DNA of 64,000 nucleotides from Octopus sinensis (GCF_006345805.1 NC_042999.1:53258001-53322000), one strand, 5' to 3'; positions 38,811 through 53,010 are shown, counted from the stretch's first letter. Notes: generated by a model not told the origin, from the sequence alone. Numbers and translations: made by a program.

Positions 38811-39379
38811 AGCTGATACTGTAGAACATCTCCAGCATTAGAAGTTCTACAAATGCAATAATAATAAAAATGATGGCCATGATAAGATAGCGCGTTGGCA
38901 TGTTAAGTGTGTGTGTAGGGAGGTGGGTTAAAAACAACAGAAAATTGATGTGAACACGAACCAGATGTCGTGATGGAAAATGGGAATTCCAAGATCTTAT
39001 GGGACTTCCCCATAAAATTGGCCATACTATTGAAGCAAGAAGACCGGATATGATTAGAGAAGACAAAATAGTGTAAGATCATGGATTTTTGAAATCCCTC
39101 GAATTGATCCAAGCCATTGCTGAAACTATAAAAATCTGTAAAACTTTCCAGAAGATTATACTCTAATTATATATGAGCATATCTAGATGTTGAGCCGACA
39201 TACATAAAACAAGATATACAAATCTACACACAGGCAGAGACATATATATATATATATATATGTTCATTCATATATATGAATGAATAAATAAATAAATAAA
39301 TACTTATATCATTATACTTATTGAAATCTTTATCTATAGGGTAAGCTTGGTTACACGTAAATATTTCCTTGACCAGCAA

Positions 39380-42300
39380 TGTATTCCGTGCTTCATTTCA
39401 GAGCGCTTTCTTCCTAGTTAGAGTAACCGCTGTAAAGCCCGCACCCTTAATGTTCATTCTGATCAATCCTCGACATACCTCTTCACTTTATGTTTGTATG
39501 AGTTCCACAGAAAACACTTGATTCCTACTACAGCTCGTATCAGGAATTCTCTCCATCCTAATTTCAACCATTTAATCATATGCAACTTCGTGGATTTCAA
39601 GGGGACCTTCAACGGACGCTGGCATTGCCCCCATCCTTGCCTCCATTACATCATTTATACAGCTTACGTTCAACAGGATGAAGGTCTCGTTATACAAATC
39701 CTTATGTAATACTGATTAATCCCGATCCCTTCATAAAAACCACTCATGTTCAAAATTTACCGATATTTTCCGTTATTTGACTATATTCTTTGGTATACTC
39801 AGCCACTAATATATACGTATGATACAATCAAAATTAATCAAACTTGGATTTGTTTTCTGATAGCAAGAGACACCTTCATGTAAAACATTTTGTGAATTCA
39901 GTGATTAATCTAAATATAACAACTACATACTTTAGTTGACTCGAGCCTGTCTGCCCATCTTCTCCCAAATGTTATTACTTTTACAATGAAACAGCGTGCA
40001 TCTCACCAATATTGCCGTGAAAATCTAGTATGACTTGCATAAACAATTATTTTACCCGTGCTTCAATCCTCCCACAGTCAAGTTTTACAGCTTCGAATAC
40101 AAGACACTCACACCTAGAACTATCTAATTTACATTGACATGTGGATTAACTCACCATTGCTACTTTGCAAGAGGCGATGTTGATTTACAAGTACAGCTTA
40201 ATTTCTTCGTTCAATAATTCGATTATCAGCAACACTTGGTGCGGATAATGTTTTAAATGTCTTAAACAGTTTTTATTTTCAATTTTCTTTCAAGTGTTGC
40301 AGATAATTTGTCTGTCAACAATAATGTTAGTTTTGTGGATTTCTCATTTTATCAACAACCATAGCGCTCCACAAACCTAGCCTTACCACGCATCAAACAA
40401 TGCCAATGTTTTCTACCATATTTCCAACAGTCTAGACCAGTAAAAGAATTGCCCATTAGTTTTCTAACATTACCTGTGACGATTGCTTTAACATTTGACA
40501 TACCATAATTTATCTATTCACAATTATTGTTCACTGAGTAGAATTGAACAGTGTTTTGCTATTCAGTTTCGTTGTCATGAAACTTCAGCTTTATTCTATC
40601 CCTTACTTTTCTCCCCTTGAGAGATATACAGGGATTAGACAAAATAATGGAAACACCTACCATCCTAGCATCATAAATTTGAAATATCTATAAAACTGTC
40701 ATTTATTTTATGGTTTTTGACTTATTATCAGTGTTACTTAATATGTTTTGCTAAAATTGCTGTTTCCTTTCAGACATCATCAGAAAAAGGTAATTAAAAT
40801 TCATTAAAATGACAGATATATCAGCCTTTCAAACAGGTCAAATTGTTGGTGCTCGTATGGCAGGTACTAGCGTAACGAAAGCAGCCGAAATCTTTGGTGT
40901 ATCAAGATGTACTGTCTCGAAAATAATGACAGCTTTTGGAAAGTGGGAAAAACCTACTCGATGAAACAAAACTCCAGAAGGAAACCAAAACTTTCAGATA
41001 GGGACCTTTCGACATTTACGCAAATTGTTAGAAAGGATCTCAAAAGTAGCACCTCGAGAACCCATTTTCCACAAAAACTATTCGCCGGGAGCTGAACAAA
41101 GGCGGATTTTACGAGAGGGCTGCAATCAGAAAACAACTACTTTCAAAAACAAATGTTGAGAGCGTTTAGAGGGGAGTAAACCCTATAGAATCGGTCCCTA
41201 GAGCAGTGGAAGAATGTTATTTTCTCGGATGAGTCATCCTTTACCTTATTTCCGACCACCGGCCAAATATACGTGTGGAGAGAGCCAAAAGAAGCATTTG
41301 ACCCAGACTGCCTTCTCCCGAGTGTTAAACATGAGGGGGATCTGTAATGATCTGGGCAGCTATGTCTTGGAAATCCGCCGGCCCAATGGTCTTCCTTCGT
41401 AGCAAAATTAATAGTGAAGACTATCTAAGCGTTTTATCTTTCAAATTCATCCTATGGTTGCGGAACTGTTTCCGGAGGGAAACGCAATCTTTCAGCATGA
41501 TAATACACCAATTCACACAGCGAAAGTTGTTACTGAATGGTGCATTTTAGAAAAGCAAATAAGGAGTCGAGAACTGGAGACCTTTTTAGCCGAAGAATAG
41601 ACAAAAATTCCTCTGGAAACAATTCAAACTTTGTACATCATAGAATTCAAACTGTAATTACTGCCAACAGCGGTCCTAGCGCATACTAAAATAATTTTGT
41701 TTCAAATTTTAAGGTGTTTCCATTATTTTGTCCAACCCCTGTATATACTTTTTCTTTTAAAGGATTTAATTGCTTTAAAGCATTTTTTAATCATATACTC
41801 CAAATCGTCTTCCGCTGATGGGCAGTGGTGAACCGTTTTGTGTCAACACAGTTTATAATGTAAATCTATTTTCAAATAAGGTAATGGTTTACTGGGATTT
41901 CCTTTAAACATTCCTCCATTTCTACATAAAGTAACTATTTCTATCTTTGTTTCTCTGATATCCATCTGCATTATCACCAGTTGTTTTGATAATCAATGTT
42001 GTCTTTGAGCCTGCTTTGCTAAAGTTAGGTTACTTGCTGTTAGGTTCTACGAACGATTCATTGTCACTGGTTGGTCTGACAAATAAATGATAAGTTTTTC
42101 CTAGTAGTGTTACACATGTATTCGTCCATTCTTTTCTATTATCGATTTTGGTCTATGAAAATTAAATTACAAATCCTCACATTTTTCTTCAAACTGTCTT
42201 GCAGACACTAATCAGTAATAGGTGTTTCCGGCAAAATTTCGTCCAATATTGGTTTTCACCAAACCATTAAAATTCTATTTTTATTTTTATAATTACGTTT

Positions 42301-43900
42301 TACCGATCTGTAACCGCTGAAGTTTAAGGTGTCCGTTTCTCCTTTATATGGCTTCAGTATTGGTTACAAATGGCTAGTAATAATACCTTTCTAATGTTTT
42401 ATTTATCTCAAATTCTTCACGAAACGTAATAGAATTATTCTGCTACATTTCCTTCATCATTGGTGTATTTATCGCACCATATTTTCGTAATCATTCGAGG
42501 AATTCCCATCCATCATGTGTCATTTACAATGAATTTACACCAGCAACTTTTCTTTCTAGATTCTTCAAAGAAATAATCTTCGAATTATTTTAAGTTTGTT
42601 CTAAGGAACCAATTGTTTATACTTAATTTATATTTGTTGTAAATTATACATAACTATGAAAGGCTTTGCTTCCTCAGCAATGCTCAATTGTATAATGAAG
42701 TATCTTCGCCTCAGTTGTAAAACGGCAATATACATGATGCTGCCATCGCTGTAAATGCTGGGATTATTGTTAAAAACACATATCATCCCTAGAATATGTT
42801 GTTCTGACGTCTACGCTATACAATAGTTTCGACTGCTATTAGAAATGTACAGCTACATTTATGTGCTTATACTTCCGTTATTATACAATGCTTTCGATTG
42901 TTATTGAATATTTATTACCTTATCCAAATAAATTTATTGAATTTATTTGAATTTTTATTGTTCATTTTGTGGAATTTATGTATCTGTGAAATGGTAAAAT
43001 GTTTTCTTCCGAGTATCTGAAAATTATTTGTGGAAAAGCTTTCTTTCAGTATGGAATACCATGTGCTCATCTTGTTTCAAGTTTTAGTATTTTGGTAAGA
43101 ATAACTTGCTCTGTGTATTTTAATTGATCTTTGAAGCTCTTATGTCACTCATGCTCTGTTCTTGTGAAGTTTTATTAAATGTGTCTTTATTTGATCATAG
43201 AGTTGATGCACTTCTATTAATATCCTACATGGAATATTTCTTTGTGGGGAGGATGTTTGCAGTATTTATATAGGTATATACTGTCCTTCGCTAGCTTTTT
43301 TGTGGGTAAGTAATGTATTTTTTCCTCTTTAGGTTCAGATATTTGAGAGCGTTAGAGTTGTTCTCTAATTGCTTTTCACTACCATTCATACAACTATAAC
43401 CCCACCTCCATTTTTAATAAGTCTGATTTCACGATGTATAGCATATTCTAAACCTAGACAAATATTAAATTTTCCAGCCGTCAGAGGTAACCATGGCTAT
43501 ATAGAAAAGATAATTTCCGTATAATTAATATAACACGCGTTATATTGAAAATAGCGTTGATTATAATTTTCTTTTTTTTGATTCTAAGGGTTTTCTATAA
43601 ATTCCTTAAGCGGTTGGTGGGTTATATTCTAAAATTTTGTGCAGTGAACGTTTTACTATATTTCTTTTCACACTTCTTAAAATCCTAATTAACTCACCAG
43701 TACTGGTCCATTGCAGGAGTGTCTGTTTTGAGTCCAGCATATCCCTAACAAGTACGTCCAGTTTAACTCCGAGTTTAGGCTTAATCATTGTGTTTATGGT
43801 CCTTTCACGTAGACTTTGCATGGTGAGAAAAGTTGTAACACACGCACACACACACACGCACAGACATTCACTCACACACACATTTCTCTTTTATCTTTTG
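39380..43900 (-). mobile_element. Very old L1/Tx1-like LINE remnant split by the Tc1 (excluding 40629-41741)
   Basis: Only scattered weak motifs (VCRGLIRMNIKGAG, ENIGIV, LGMICVFN); tentative. Confidence 0.3.
40629..41741 (+). mobile_element. Tc1-family DNA transposon, defective
   Basis: TA-flanked 30-bp TIRs (cagggattagacaaaataatggaaacacct vs caggggttggacaaaataatggaaacacct); ATG at 40808 MTDISAFQTGQIVGARMAG...; FSDESSF and FQHDNTPIH motifs; frameshifts. Confidence 0.95.
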
Positions 43901-44067
43901 TGTCAGGTATAAATCTGAACAGCTTTTACCGACCAGACAAAACTCAGTTAATATTATTTGAAGCCTGAAACGTTTTCTCTCTGTTTTTGTTACCGAAATA
44001 TTAAGTTACATATACGTAAACTAAACATTAACGGTTGCCGAGCAGTGGTTTCATATATATATATATA

Positions 44068-44313
44068 CATATACAATAAATGTGCCCTTTTAAAGCTTAG
44101 CCAGGTTGATGGGCCCGGTTTCCCGGTTTCAATGGCTTATGTGTTCCCCAGCTGGACGGGATCCCAGTCTATTGCAACGTTACACACATTTGCCAGCTGA
44201 GTGGACTGGTGCAACGTGAAATGAAGAGTTTTGCTCAAGAACACAAAGCATCGCCCGGTCCAGGAATCGAAACCACAATCTTACGATCATGATGCTGACT
44301 CCCTAACCACTAA
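44068..44313 (-). mobile_element. CORE-like SINE, family D
   Basis: cagctgagtggactggtgcaacgtgaaatgaagagttttgctcaagaacaca...ccaggaatcgaaacc. Confidence 0.8.
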
Positions 44314-44314
44314 G

Positions 44315-44386
<72 letters not shown>

Positions 44387-44387
44387 C

Positions 44388-46630
44388 TAATAGTATAGCC
44401 CGGCGTTGCCCGGGATTAAGTTAAGATTAAGTGATCAAGCGTTTTATTTCAAAACAAAATAAGTGACACCGACATCAAATTTGAGCGAAATCCGTTGAAA
44501 TTGGTAAATGTTTGGCTAAAAATGGGTTGCAGGCAATTTGATTGGGAAATCCCATATGGAATCAGTTTATCGATTATTTACACTCATTGATTGTTCTGTT
44601 TTTGTTTGCTTGTTTTTTTTTATAAATTAAAGCATTCCAAGATCCCATGAGTTCTACGTAATGCTGACATCAAGTGTGAGCAAAATATGTCAAGATTGGT
44701 AAAAGTTATGGTTGAAAATGGGGTGTCGCCAATTTTAGTTAGAAATCCTATAAGGAATCGGTTTATCAATTTTTTATCCCGATTGAATGGAAAACCCCAA
44801 ATGGATGCCTGCCACCGATAAGTGTTTGGCCTTGGAATTTGTTGATGAACATGGCGAAGGATGGTCTCACCGGAGCTGCGATCTGCGGAAGTTAAACGGC
44901 ATGTCTGATCCCGAGGGATAAGGCTGCATCCTTGAAATGAAAGCATTTTCACCTTTCCCGCACCCTGTAACAATGGTGGCGTCAATCAAGTGGGGCGTCA
45001 GGGACTTGATTACTAAGCAGCTCTCGTTGCACTGTTTAGGCGGAAGCAAGTTTCTGATTAGCATAATTGGGTATCCAACGCTTAGCATAAGAATGTGTGG
45101 TGGAAGCCCTACTGGCTCCAGTGAGTTGAGAAACTCGATAGCGTAATTGATAGTGTCTTGGTGGTCAGAGGTCCGGCCAATCGATTTGTAGATGCGCTCC
45201 TCACCTGGAATTCGGCTTATGACCTCAGAGCGTTTGCCGAATTTGGATATTCTAGGAAGCTGTAAAGTTTATATATTTTAAAATTTAAAAGAAGTGTTTG
45301 TATAGACTGTAAACTTTTTTATTATAATTTTGTAATATTGCTTCTTTATTCATTTATATTCATAATATAATTTAAAACCATCTTATATGTATCATATAGA
45401 AGCATAAATAATTTGATACCGGACGAAAACAATTTCATGCTGCCGGCTCTGGACGGTCATCTTGTCGCATCTATTTTACGGTGTATAGTTTTTAATCATA
45501 ACGTTGGTTGTACATATGGATTTCATTTGCTCTAGTGATAGATAAAGAAGCTGCGATGACAGCTACGTTTTTGAGGGAACTCGATGTTTTTTTCACTGAG
45601 CCGATTGACGTCTGGATAGTTACTTTCCTGATTGGGGAACACTGTTTCCAAAAGATCGGAAGGGCTGTCCACAGTGTTGCACAGTTCAGAGATGGATATA
45701 TCGCCCCTATCATTCCTAGGGACCTTGCTATCTCCAAGAGCTAAAATGTCTTCAGCAAATGCTGCAGACGTGGTATCACAAAGCAAGTGCGCACGGATGT
45801 TTGTTCTTAAGCTTAAGTTCTTAATCCACAACATGGATGACTAAGGCATGCGCGCACTTCATCAGCCCGGCTCCCTTTAGGGATGACAGTAAGTGTTTGC
45901 CAGAAATCTCCTGAAAGCAATAGAGTTACACTACCCATAGAAACTGTAGAATCCTTGATGCCTTTCAGTGACCAATCCAGTGCCTCGAGGGCACCCTCAT
46001 TGGTCATTGTGCATTCGTTCCATACAATGAGACGGCACTGTCTAAGAACTTCAGCTTCCACTGAGTTTTTGCCAATGTTGCAAGTAGGAACCTCGGCCCT
46101 CACTAAATCTACAGACAGCTTAAATGCCGGGTGCGCCGTCCTACTTTCCGGCAATAACGTAGCAGCGATTCCCGAGGAAGCAATGGCTAGTGCAATTTGT
46201 TTCTCACAACGAATCTTAGCAAGTATTAATTGTGTTACAAAAGATTTGCCGGTACCTTCAAGAGCATGGAAGAAAATGCCGCCCGCCTGTTTTTCAACTG
46301 CACTGACGACGGTTTCATACACCAGCCTCTGATCAGAGAGCAATTTCGTTTCATTTATTTTCAGATACTCCGCAAGGTCATCAGCGTCATACAACTCCAA
46401 AGGTAACTTCATACATCAGCGTCATACAACAACTCTAAAAGTCAACGTCCTGTCGCAACGAGGATGGCAAACAGAATGTGTTCAACGCCGTCCTACCCAT
46501 TTTATGCAGGGCATCCTCGATTTCAGTCAGCGCATTATTGTAGATCAGGTCATTGTATCCAATGATTTGCCAGTCATCATTTGCCTTGACCACGGAGAAA
46601 GCAAAATTACGTACAGAGAATTTCATAAAC
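44388..46630 (-). mobile_element. Decayed Helitron (Pif1-type helicase part of RepHel)
   Basis: GTGKSF, ASSGIAATLL, RTAH, GDFWQTLTVIP, EFLNSLEPVGLPPH, PIMLIRNL, FAMFINKFQGQTL; 3' hairpin cccgggcaacgccggg at 44399-44414. Confidence 0.92.
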
Positions 46631-47521
46631 AGAAATAAATAGAAAAAAGGTTGGTAAAGGTTGGTTAGCTTAACACTCGCACGATTTTCACTAAGAAAAA
46701 GAAATCGGATTGTTTGCGTGGAATCAACTACCCTGACCTCCTAATATGCTACAAAACCATTTTTATGGTCCGAGGAACGGGGTGTGGTGTGGTGTGGTGG
46801 AAGCCTCGAAAATTTTGCTCATTTATATTGAGTAATTCACTGACAAATTGTTAGCGTTATTATTTCAATTTTCATTTCGCTATATTTCTTGTTAATTCGT
46901 AAACATGTACAACTAAGTATATTTGCAAGATGTTTCGCCGATCAAATATAAAATATGAAATACTGAGTTGCTGGGGGATGTTACTAGCTGATTTCGCTCC
47001 TAATTCTATTTCATCAATTAGAATTCAAGTTTGGAATTTACTTTTAACTATGCCAATTGTTTGTCAAGTACAGTGTATTTGGCCTAACCCTGCTCGTAAT
47101 ACGACGTAGAAGGTTGTATTGCTCAATAAAGTGTTGCATATCTATTTTTTTATGTTTTGATGGAGTAAATGGGCTTAGCTTTTCCTCTTATGCGTTTTAT
47201 TAGCAATAAATTTGTATTCCTTAAGATTCCTACGTTGTCTCTGCAGAGATTGCCGGCAAGTCTACACCAATCCCCTTTCTTTCTTTCTCATTCATTTTAA
47301 ATCCCTTGTACTTCCCACTTGCACCTTTCTGTATTTCTCATTCTGGTATCTCTTTTTATCGACCACAAAATTCAATTAGCTTCTTTATTCCTTATTCCAG
47401 TCTTTTACATGAATTCTATGGTTATAATGAAAACGATTGTTTCTTTCATTAGTCATTCTCTAATTTCCTTCCCACAAACTTTCCGTTTCAGTTGCCTTGC
47501 CCTTTAACATATAAACGCCGA

Positions 47522-47866
47522 TAGCTTCATCGCAGCTTCTTTATCTTTCACTAGAGCAAATGAAATCCATATGTACAACCAACGTTATGATTAAAAACTA
47601 TACACCGTAAAATAGATGCGACAAGATGACCGTCCAGAGCCGGCAGCATGAAATTGTTTTCGTCCGGTATCAAATTATTTATGCTTCTATATGATACATA
47701 TAAGATGGTTTTAAATTATATTATGAATATAAATGAATAAAGAAGCAATATTACAAAATTATAATAAAAAAGTTTACAGTCTATACAAACACTTCTTTTA
47801 AATTTTAAAATATATAAACTTTACAGCTTCCTAGAATATCCAAATTCGGCAAACGCTCTGAGGTCA
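47522..47866 (+). repeat. Near-identical inverted copy of 45220-45565
   Basis: Direct comparison; only isolated differences seen. Confidence 0.92.
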
Positions 47867-48473
47867 AGAATGAATATGAGATCGAAAAATTATGAAATCA
47901 AAGCGCAGGCGACGAAACTAATAACAACTGCATTACTTTGAAATAATGTTTGTTTTTGTTTTACTTTTTATCGTGCATATTCCTAATATATGTCGTGAAA
48001 GCTGTCTTGGGAGCCGGTTGTGCACGAAACCTTTTAATAACTCTTTTTGTGCAGCAGATTTTTAATATAAACAGATATGCATTTCAGTGGGCAAATAGAA
48101 ATTAATCAAAATTCCTTACAAGTGATTTCAATTTACTGTACTTTAAAAAAAAATTTTGTGGGTAGGGGGGTATTTTGCTAATCAATTTTCACTGTTCGAC
48201 ATTTGCTGATATGCAGCAATTGATGCCATCTTATTTCAGGACATTTTGATATGAAAGGACATTGATTAATCTAGGAAATTATTAGCTCACGAATTTTTTT
48301 TTCAATTTTTCATTACATAGAATAAGAAATTAAATTTAAACGCAAATTCTGAGTTGCAAAAATCGTGGGCATATTAAGTCAAATAATCGCACACACGCAC
48401 GCACGCACACACACATAAACACACAGACATACTAGTATATATGTGTGCGTGTGTGTACATATATATATATATA

Positions 48474-48690
48474 TTCTTTTATTTGTTTGTCATTTGACTG
48501 CGGCCATGCTGGAGCACCGCGTTTAGTCAAACAAATCGACCCCAGGACTTTTATTTTGTAAGCCTAGTACTTATTTTATCTGCCTCTTTGACAAAACCGC
48601 TAAGTTACGGGACGTAAATACATCAACATCGGTTGTCAAGCGATACTGGGGGGGGGGGTCAAACACAGACACACACACACAAACATAAAA
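48474..48690 (-). mobile_element. SINE family B, 3' half
   Basis: tcatttgactgcggccatgctggagcaccgc...ggttgtcaagcgatactggggg. Confidence 0.85.
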
Positions 48691-48712
48691 ACACATATAC
48701 ATACATACAATC

Positions 48713-48746
<34 letters not shown>

Positions 48747-48980
48747 ATGTGTGTACAAACATAACCCTAACCCCAACCATATTGCATATGTGGACATATA
48801 CATGTAATTATATATGCATAATTAATTGCCTGCCCTCTGTGAAAGGAAAATAATTGTTAATTATTTAAATTAAATTGTATTGAGAAGCCGGTTATATCAT
48901 AGAAAATTAGAAAATATATGATCAGCTAAATGAAAATAATGCACAAATAAGAGATTTTGAACTTTGGCAGTGATGGTTAC

Positions 48981-49069
48981 ATTAGCGGGGTTGCTTTTAT
49001 TCCTATCGTACATCCTGCGCACAACTTTGTTACAATGGAAGCATATATGAACACCTAATATATCTATGT
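48981..49069 (-). other. Candidate exon of minus-strand transcript
   Basis: Strong acceptor catttccttttcatttattttcag; open frame DIDILGVHICFHCNKVVRRMYDRNKSNPAN; donor AAT|gtaacc is only moderate. Confidence 0.3.
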
Positions 49070-49984
49070 CTGAAAATAAATGAAAAGGAAATGTGCCTGG
49101 ATTCGGTTTTTGGAGAATAGGCGCCTCCTGATTAACAGACAAATAAATACTTAGAAATTGAATCTTTAACTATAATATATGAAGATGAAAGTAGTAATGA
49201 AGAAAAAAAAATGGCGATACCGTATACATGCATATACAATTATAAGCTTGCCTGGTCAAGTTGTCGTATGAATGACAGTTAATTCCTTTTAAACAAGCGT
49301 CTGATTACTGATAGCTAAGTGAATAGTAGTGCACGTGAGGGGCACAAAGGAGGTTGTTTAAAGCTTTAGAGTAAATTTGTCTGCAATGTGTGCACATGTG
49401 AATGGTTGGCAAATATCTGTAAAAAGTAAAAACGGATCATTGCTGATATAATCTACGAATTCGACACGGAACCAATAATAAACGTGCATGCTAAAAGGCG
49501 TTCGAAGCGTCTAATACAAACGTCTCTTGCCCTCCAAGAAAATAAATGCCCAGTTTTCAAGAACATAGACGTTAATACATTAGAGAATACATAAATTGTT
49601 GTAGGCTTGCATACACAACAGATGCGTGTGTGTGGGGGGGGGCGATCGATCGATCGATAGATAGATATATTGATTCGCTAGCATTTATATAGTTTGTCCC
49701 AAGAATAAAAACCTCCTATTAAACACGTACAATCTTCCTCTCCCGATTTCCTTCTTTCTCGCTCTGAAACATTCTTCCGTTATTTCCTTCAAACCCTCTT
49801 TTCTTTATTTCGCTCTTCTTCCAGTTTCAATTCTTTTCATTGGTTTTTATATATTTCAACCATCATTTCCTGTTGTTTGGTTACTTTTTGGTTTATTGAA
49901 GTCGACTTGTTTTAATTCTTTTGAGAGATTCAGAAATGCCAAGTCTTGTGCAGATTCGAATCTCTCTGGATTACTTCTGTGTAT

Positions 49985-49990
49985 ATATAA

Positions 49991-50039
<49 letters not shown>

Positions 50040-50847
50040 CTTAAGCTGTGCTACCGGTAATATGTAACGCAGTAAATCCTGTTTCATGGCGGGGTTGTCG
50101 TCGATTAACTGGTAAATACACCGAGCCCGCTTGATGAAGAAACGGATTGTGGGACACACTTGAGAACGAAAAGTAAAATCCGTGAAAATCCAACAATGTG
50201 TACATTAATATATATATATATATTTATAATTTTCTTATGAAACACATAGATAGCATAGAAGTGTTCAAGTCGAACTTAAAGCGTTAGATATGTATAGTGG
50301 ATAGAATGGAAAAATTCAAATTTTGCAGGCAACAATAAAGGTGTATACATATAGATTTAGTTGAGATAAAATAAAGATTAGGTGATGTTATGTTGCTAAC
50401 TTAATATGGAAGTCCCATGAAAGGGAAGAATATTACTTTTATTTAGCCCTACGAAACAACGTTTCCAGTTGGCCTTGACGCATTTTCTATGTCCTTATAT
50501 TTTCAAAGGGGGAAATAAGCACCTTCATCCAGCAAAGCCACCACTCAGAGACGAGTTTTATACTCATTGTTCATCATCAGTCTGGAGTAGCATGGCCCGC
50601 TAGATATCGATGTTTATTAGTCTTTCAAAACTTATATTTCATGTGAAATATATATTGTCCGAACTGAAACATATGTTAATATATTAGAATTATATAAAAA
50701 TATATGAATACTAGAAATATACATGAGCATATAGTTATATAGATATATAAACATAATGATAATAGAATAAAACGTCTTTAAAATTTTTTTAAATATGGTA
50801 TAGAAATAGGCATGAAAAAGATTTTGGGGTTACATTTTAGAAGGAAT

Positions 50848-50903
<56 letters not shown>

Positions 50904-51540
50904 GACTTAAGCTGTGCTACCGGTAATATGTGAAGCGGTACAACCTGTTGCATGGCGGGGTTGTCGTCGATTAACTGGTAAATACACCGAGCTCGCTTGG
51001 TGAAGAAACTGATTGTGGGACACACTTGGGAACGAAAAGTAAAATCCGTGAAAATCCAACAATGTGTACATTAATAAATATATTTCTGGGGTTCATTCGT
51101 CTGAATGACAGATGAATCTCAAGATTTATTTCCAGAGAATGCCCTCGTCATCAGGGATAAAGATAAATATTTAGAGTAAACATTTTTCTTTTTCCCCTGA
51201 TGAAAGAGGAATTCTCTGGAAAAGAATCTTAAGATTCATCGGTAATTCGGACGAAGGAACCCCAGAAACCATCGTCGGTAGAGTCTATTACTTCTAACAT
51301 GTAACCTAAAACACTTTTTGATGTCTATTATATTACTATAATAAAATATCTTTTAAAACGTTTCTTATCAATATCCCACTGTTATCTTTATCTATATTCT
51401 ATTATTATGTCTACATATCTATATGACCATGTATATTTTTAGTATTCATAAATTTTCATATTTCTATATTCTAATATTTCGATATTTGTTTGAGTTCGGA
51501 CAATCATTATTTTATCGTAACGAAACCCGTATATGTATGT
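49985..51540. mobile_element. Composite repeat, probably Penelope-like: 180-bp direct repeats plus nested inverted repeats
   Basis: Direct repeats 50038-50210/50904-51076; palindrome 51084-51278; inverted arms about 50620-50840/51290-51520. Confidence 0.5.
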
Positions 51541-51589
51541 GTTAATTGTAGTCTGCTGATTTGAACTTTTTCCATTCTATCCACTATAT

Positions 51590-51937
51590 ATATAAATATA
51601 TATATATATACATATATACTTCATGTTATCTATATATATACATATATACTTCATGTTATCTATATATATACATATATACTTCATGTTATCTATATACATA
51701 TATATACTTCATGTTATCTATATATATATATATACGTCATGTTATCTATATGTATATACATATATACTTCATGTCATCTATATATATATACATATATACT
51801 TCATGTTATCTATATATATATACATATATACTTCATATTATATATATGTATATATATATATATACACTTCATATTATCTTTTTATATTTATATGTATATA
51901 TATATATATATATACACTTCATATTATCTTTTTATAT

Positions 51938-51971
<34 letters not shown>

Positions 51972-52215
51972 TTCATATATTTTTATATTTATATGTATAT
52001 ATATATATACACTTCATATTATCTTTTGATATTTATATATATATATATTACACTTCATATTATCTTTTTATATTTATATGTATATATATACACTTCATAT
52101 TATCTTTTTATATTTATATGTATATATATATATATACACTTCATATTATCTTTTTATATTTATATGTACATATATATATATATATGTACATATATATATA
52201 TATATATATATATTT
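51590..52215. repeat. TA-rich minisatellite [(TA)n-cttcat(g/a)ttatct...]
   Basis: Direct reading; explains the IYIY ORFs at 51561-52402. Confidence 0.95.
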
Positions 52216-52579
52216 ATTAATCCTTTTTATATATTTATATATTTCGTATTCTTTGTATATGAATATGTTCGTTTGTTTGTGCGTTGAGCCGCTCACCCTC
52301 AGCCCATTGGCAGGCGAAGCCATACCATTTCTGTCTGATCTGCGATGTCTCCTTCACCTGACAGGTTCCGCACTGTGCACCAGTTCAGGTTATTCTCCCT
52401 AGATGGAGAGATTGGCTTTTGTCCAGCACAAGTAAATACCACTTGAAGCAAACTCATAGTGCATGTCGTTCGGCAATGATCGTAATGTGAGTGTTTTATA
52501 TATAGATCAGGAGAAATGTAAAGATTTGAAATTTAATAAATACATACATATTCAATTCCGTTGGTCATGAATGACCATC

Positions 52580-52860
52580 GGTGCACCTAAGAGGTTCCCA
52601 TCCGGACTATAAGTCTGGGCGGAAAGTCGCCCCACCAGCGGACGCACAACCTAGGGTTGTTTTTATGGAACGCCAGCAGTCACCTATACGTACCGGCCTC
52701 CTCTCTCAACGCCACCAATGCTATCCAAGGGAAAGGCAAAGGAGCCGATACAGCTTACCACCAGTGTCATAGCAACTTATTCCTACAGCTGAGTGAACTG
52801 GACGCACATGCAATAAAGTGTATTGCTCAAGAACACAACACGCAGCTCTAACCACTGAGC
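52580..52860 (-). mobile_element. CORE-like SINE family D relative, internally deleted head
   Basis: cagctgagtgaactggacg...gctcaagaacacaacacgcag|ctctaaccactgagctttgcgcctt. Confidence 0.75.
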
Positions 52861-53010
52861 TTTGCGCCTTCACACACATATATATATATATATATATACA
52901 TATATATATGTAGAGAGGGAGACAGGCAGACAGAATGGTTTTTGTTCGGTCATGCCTTCAATCGAATGGGCTATCTGATTTTTATTGCATAATTTTCAAT
53001 GATATATGTA

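Noticed and set aside
45262-45512. GT...AG intron inside the Helitron helicase
   Set aside because: Splicing does not restore the frame, and the non-helicase insert extends beyond the GT/AG.
51561-52402. 219-aa and overlapping Ile/Tyr ORFs
   Set aside because: TA-rich minisatellite.
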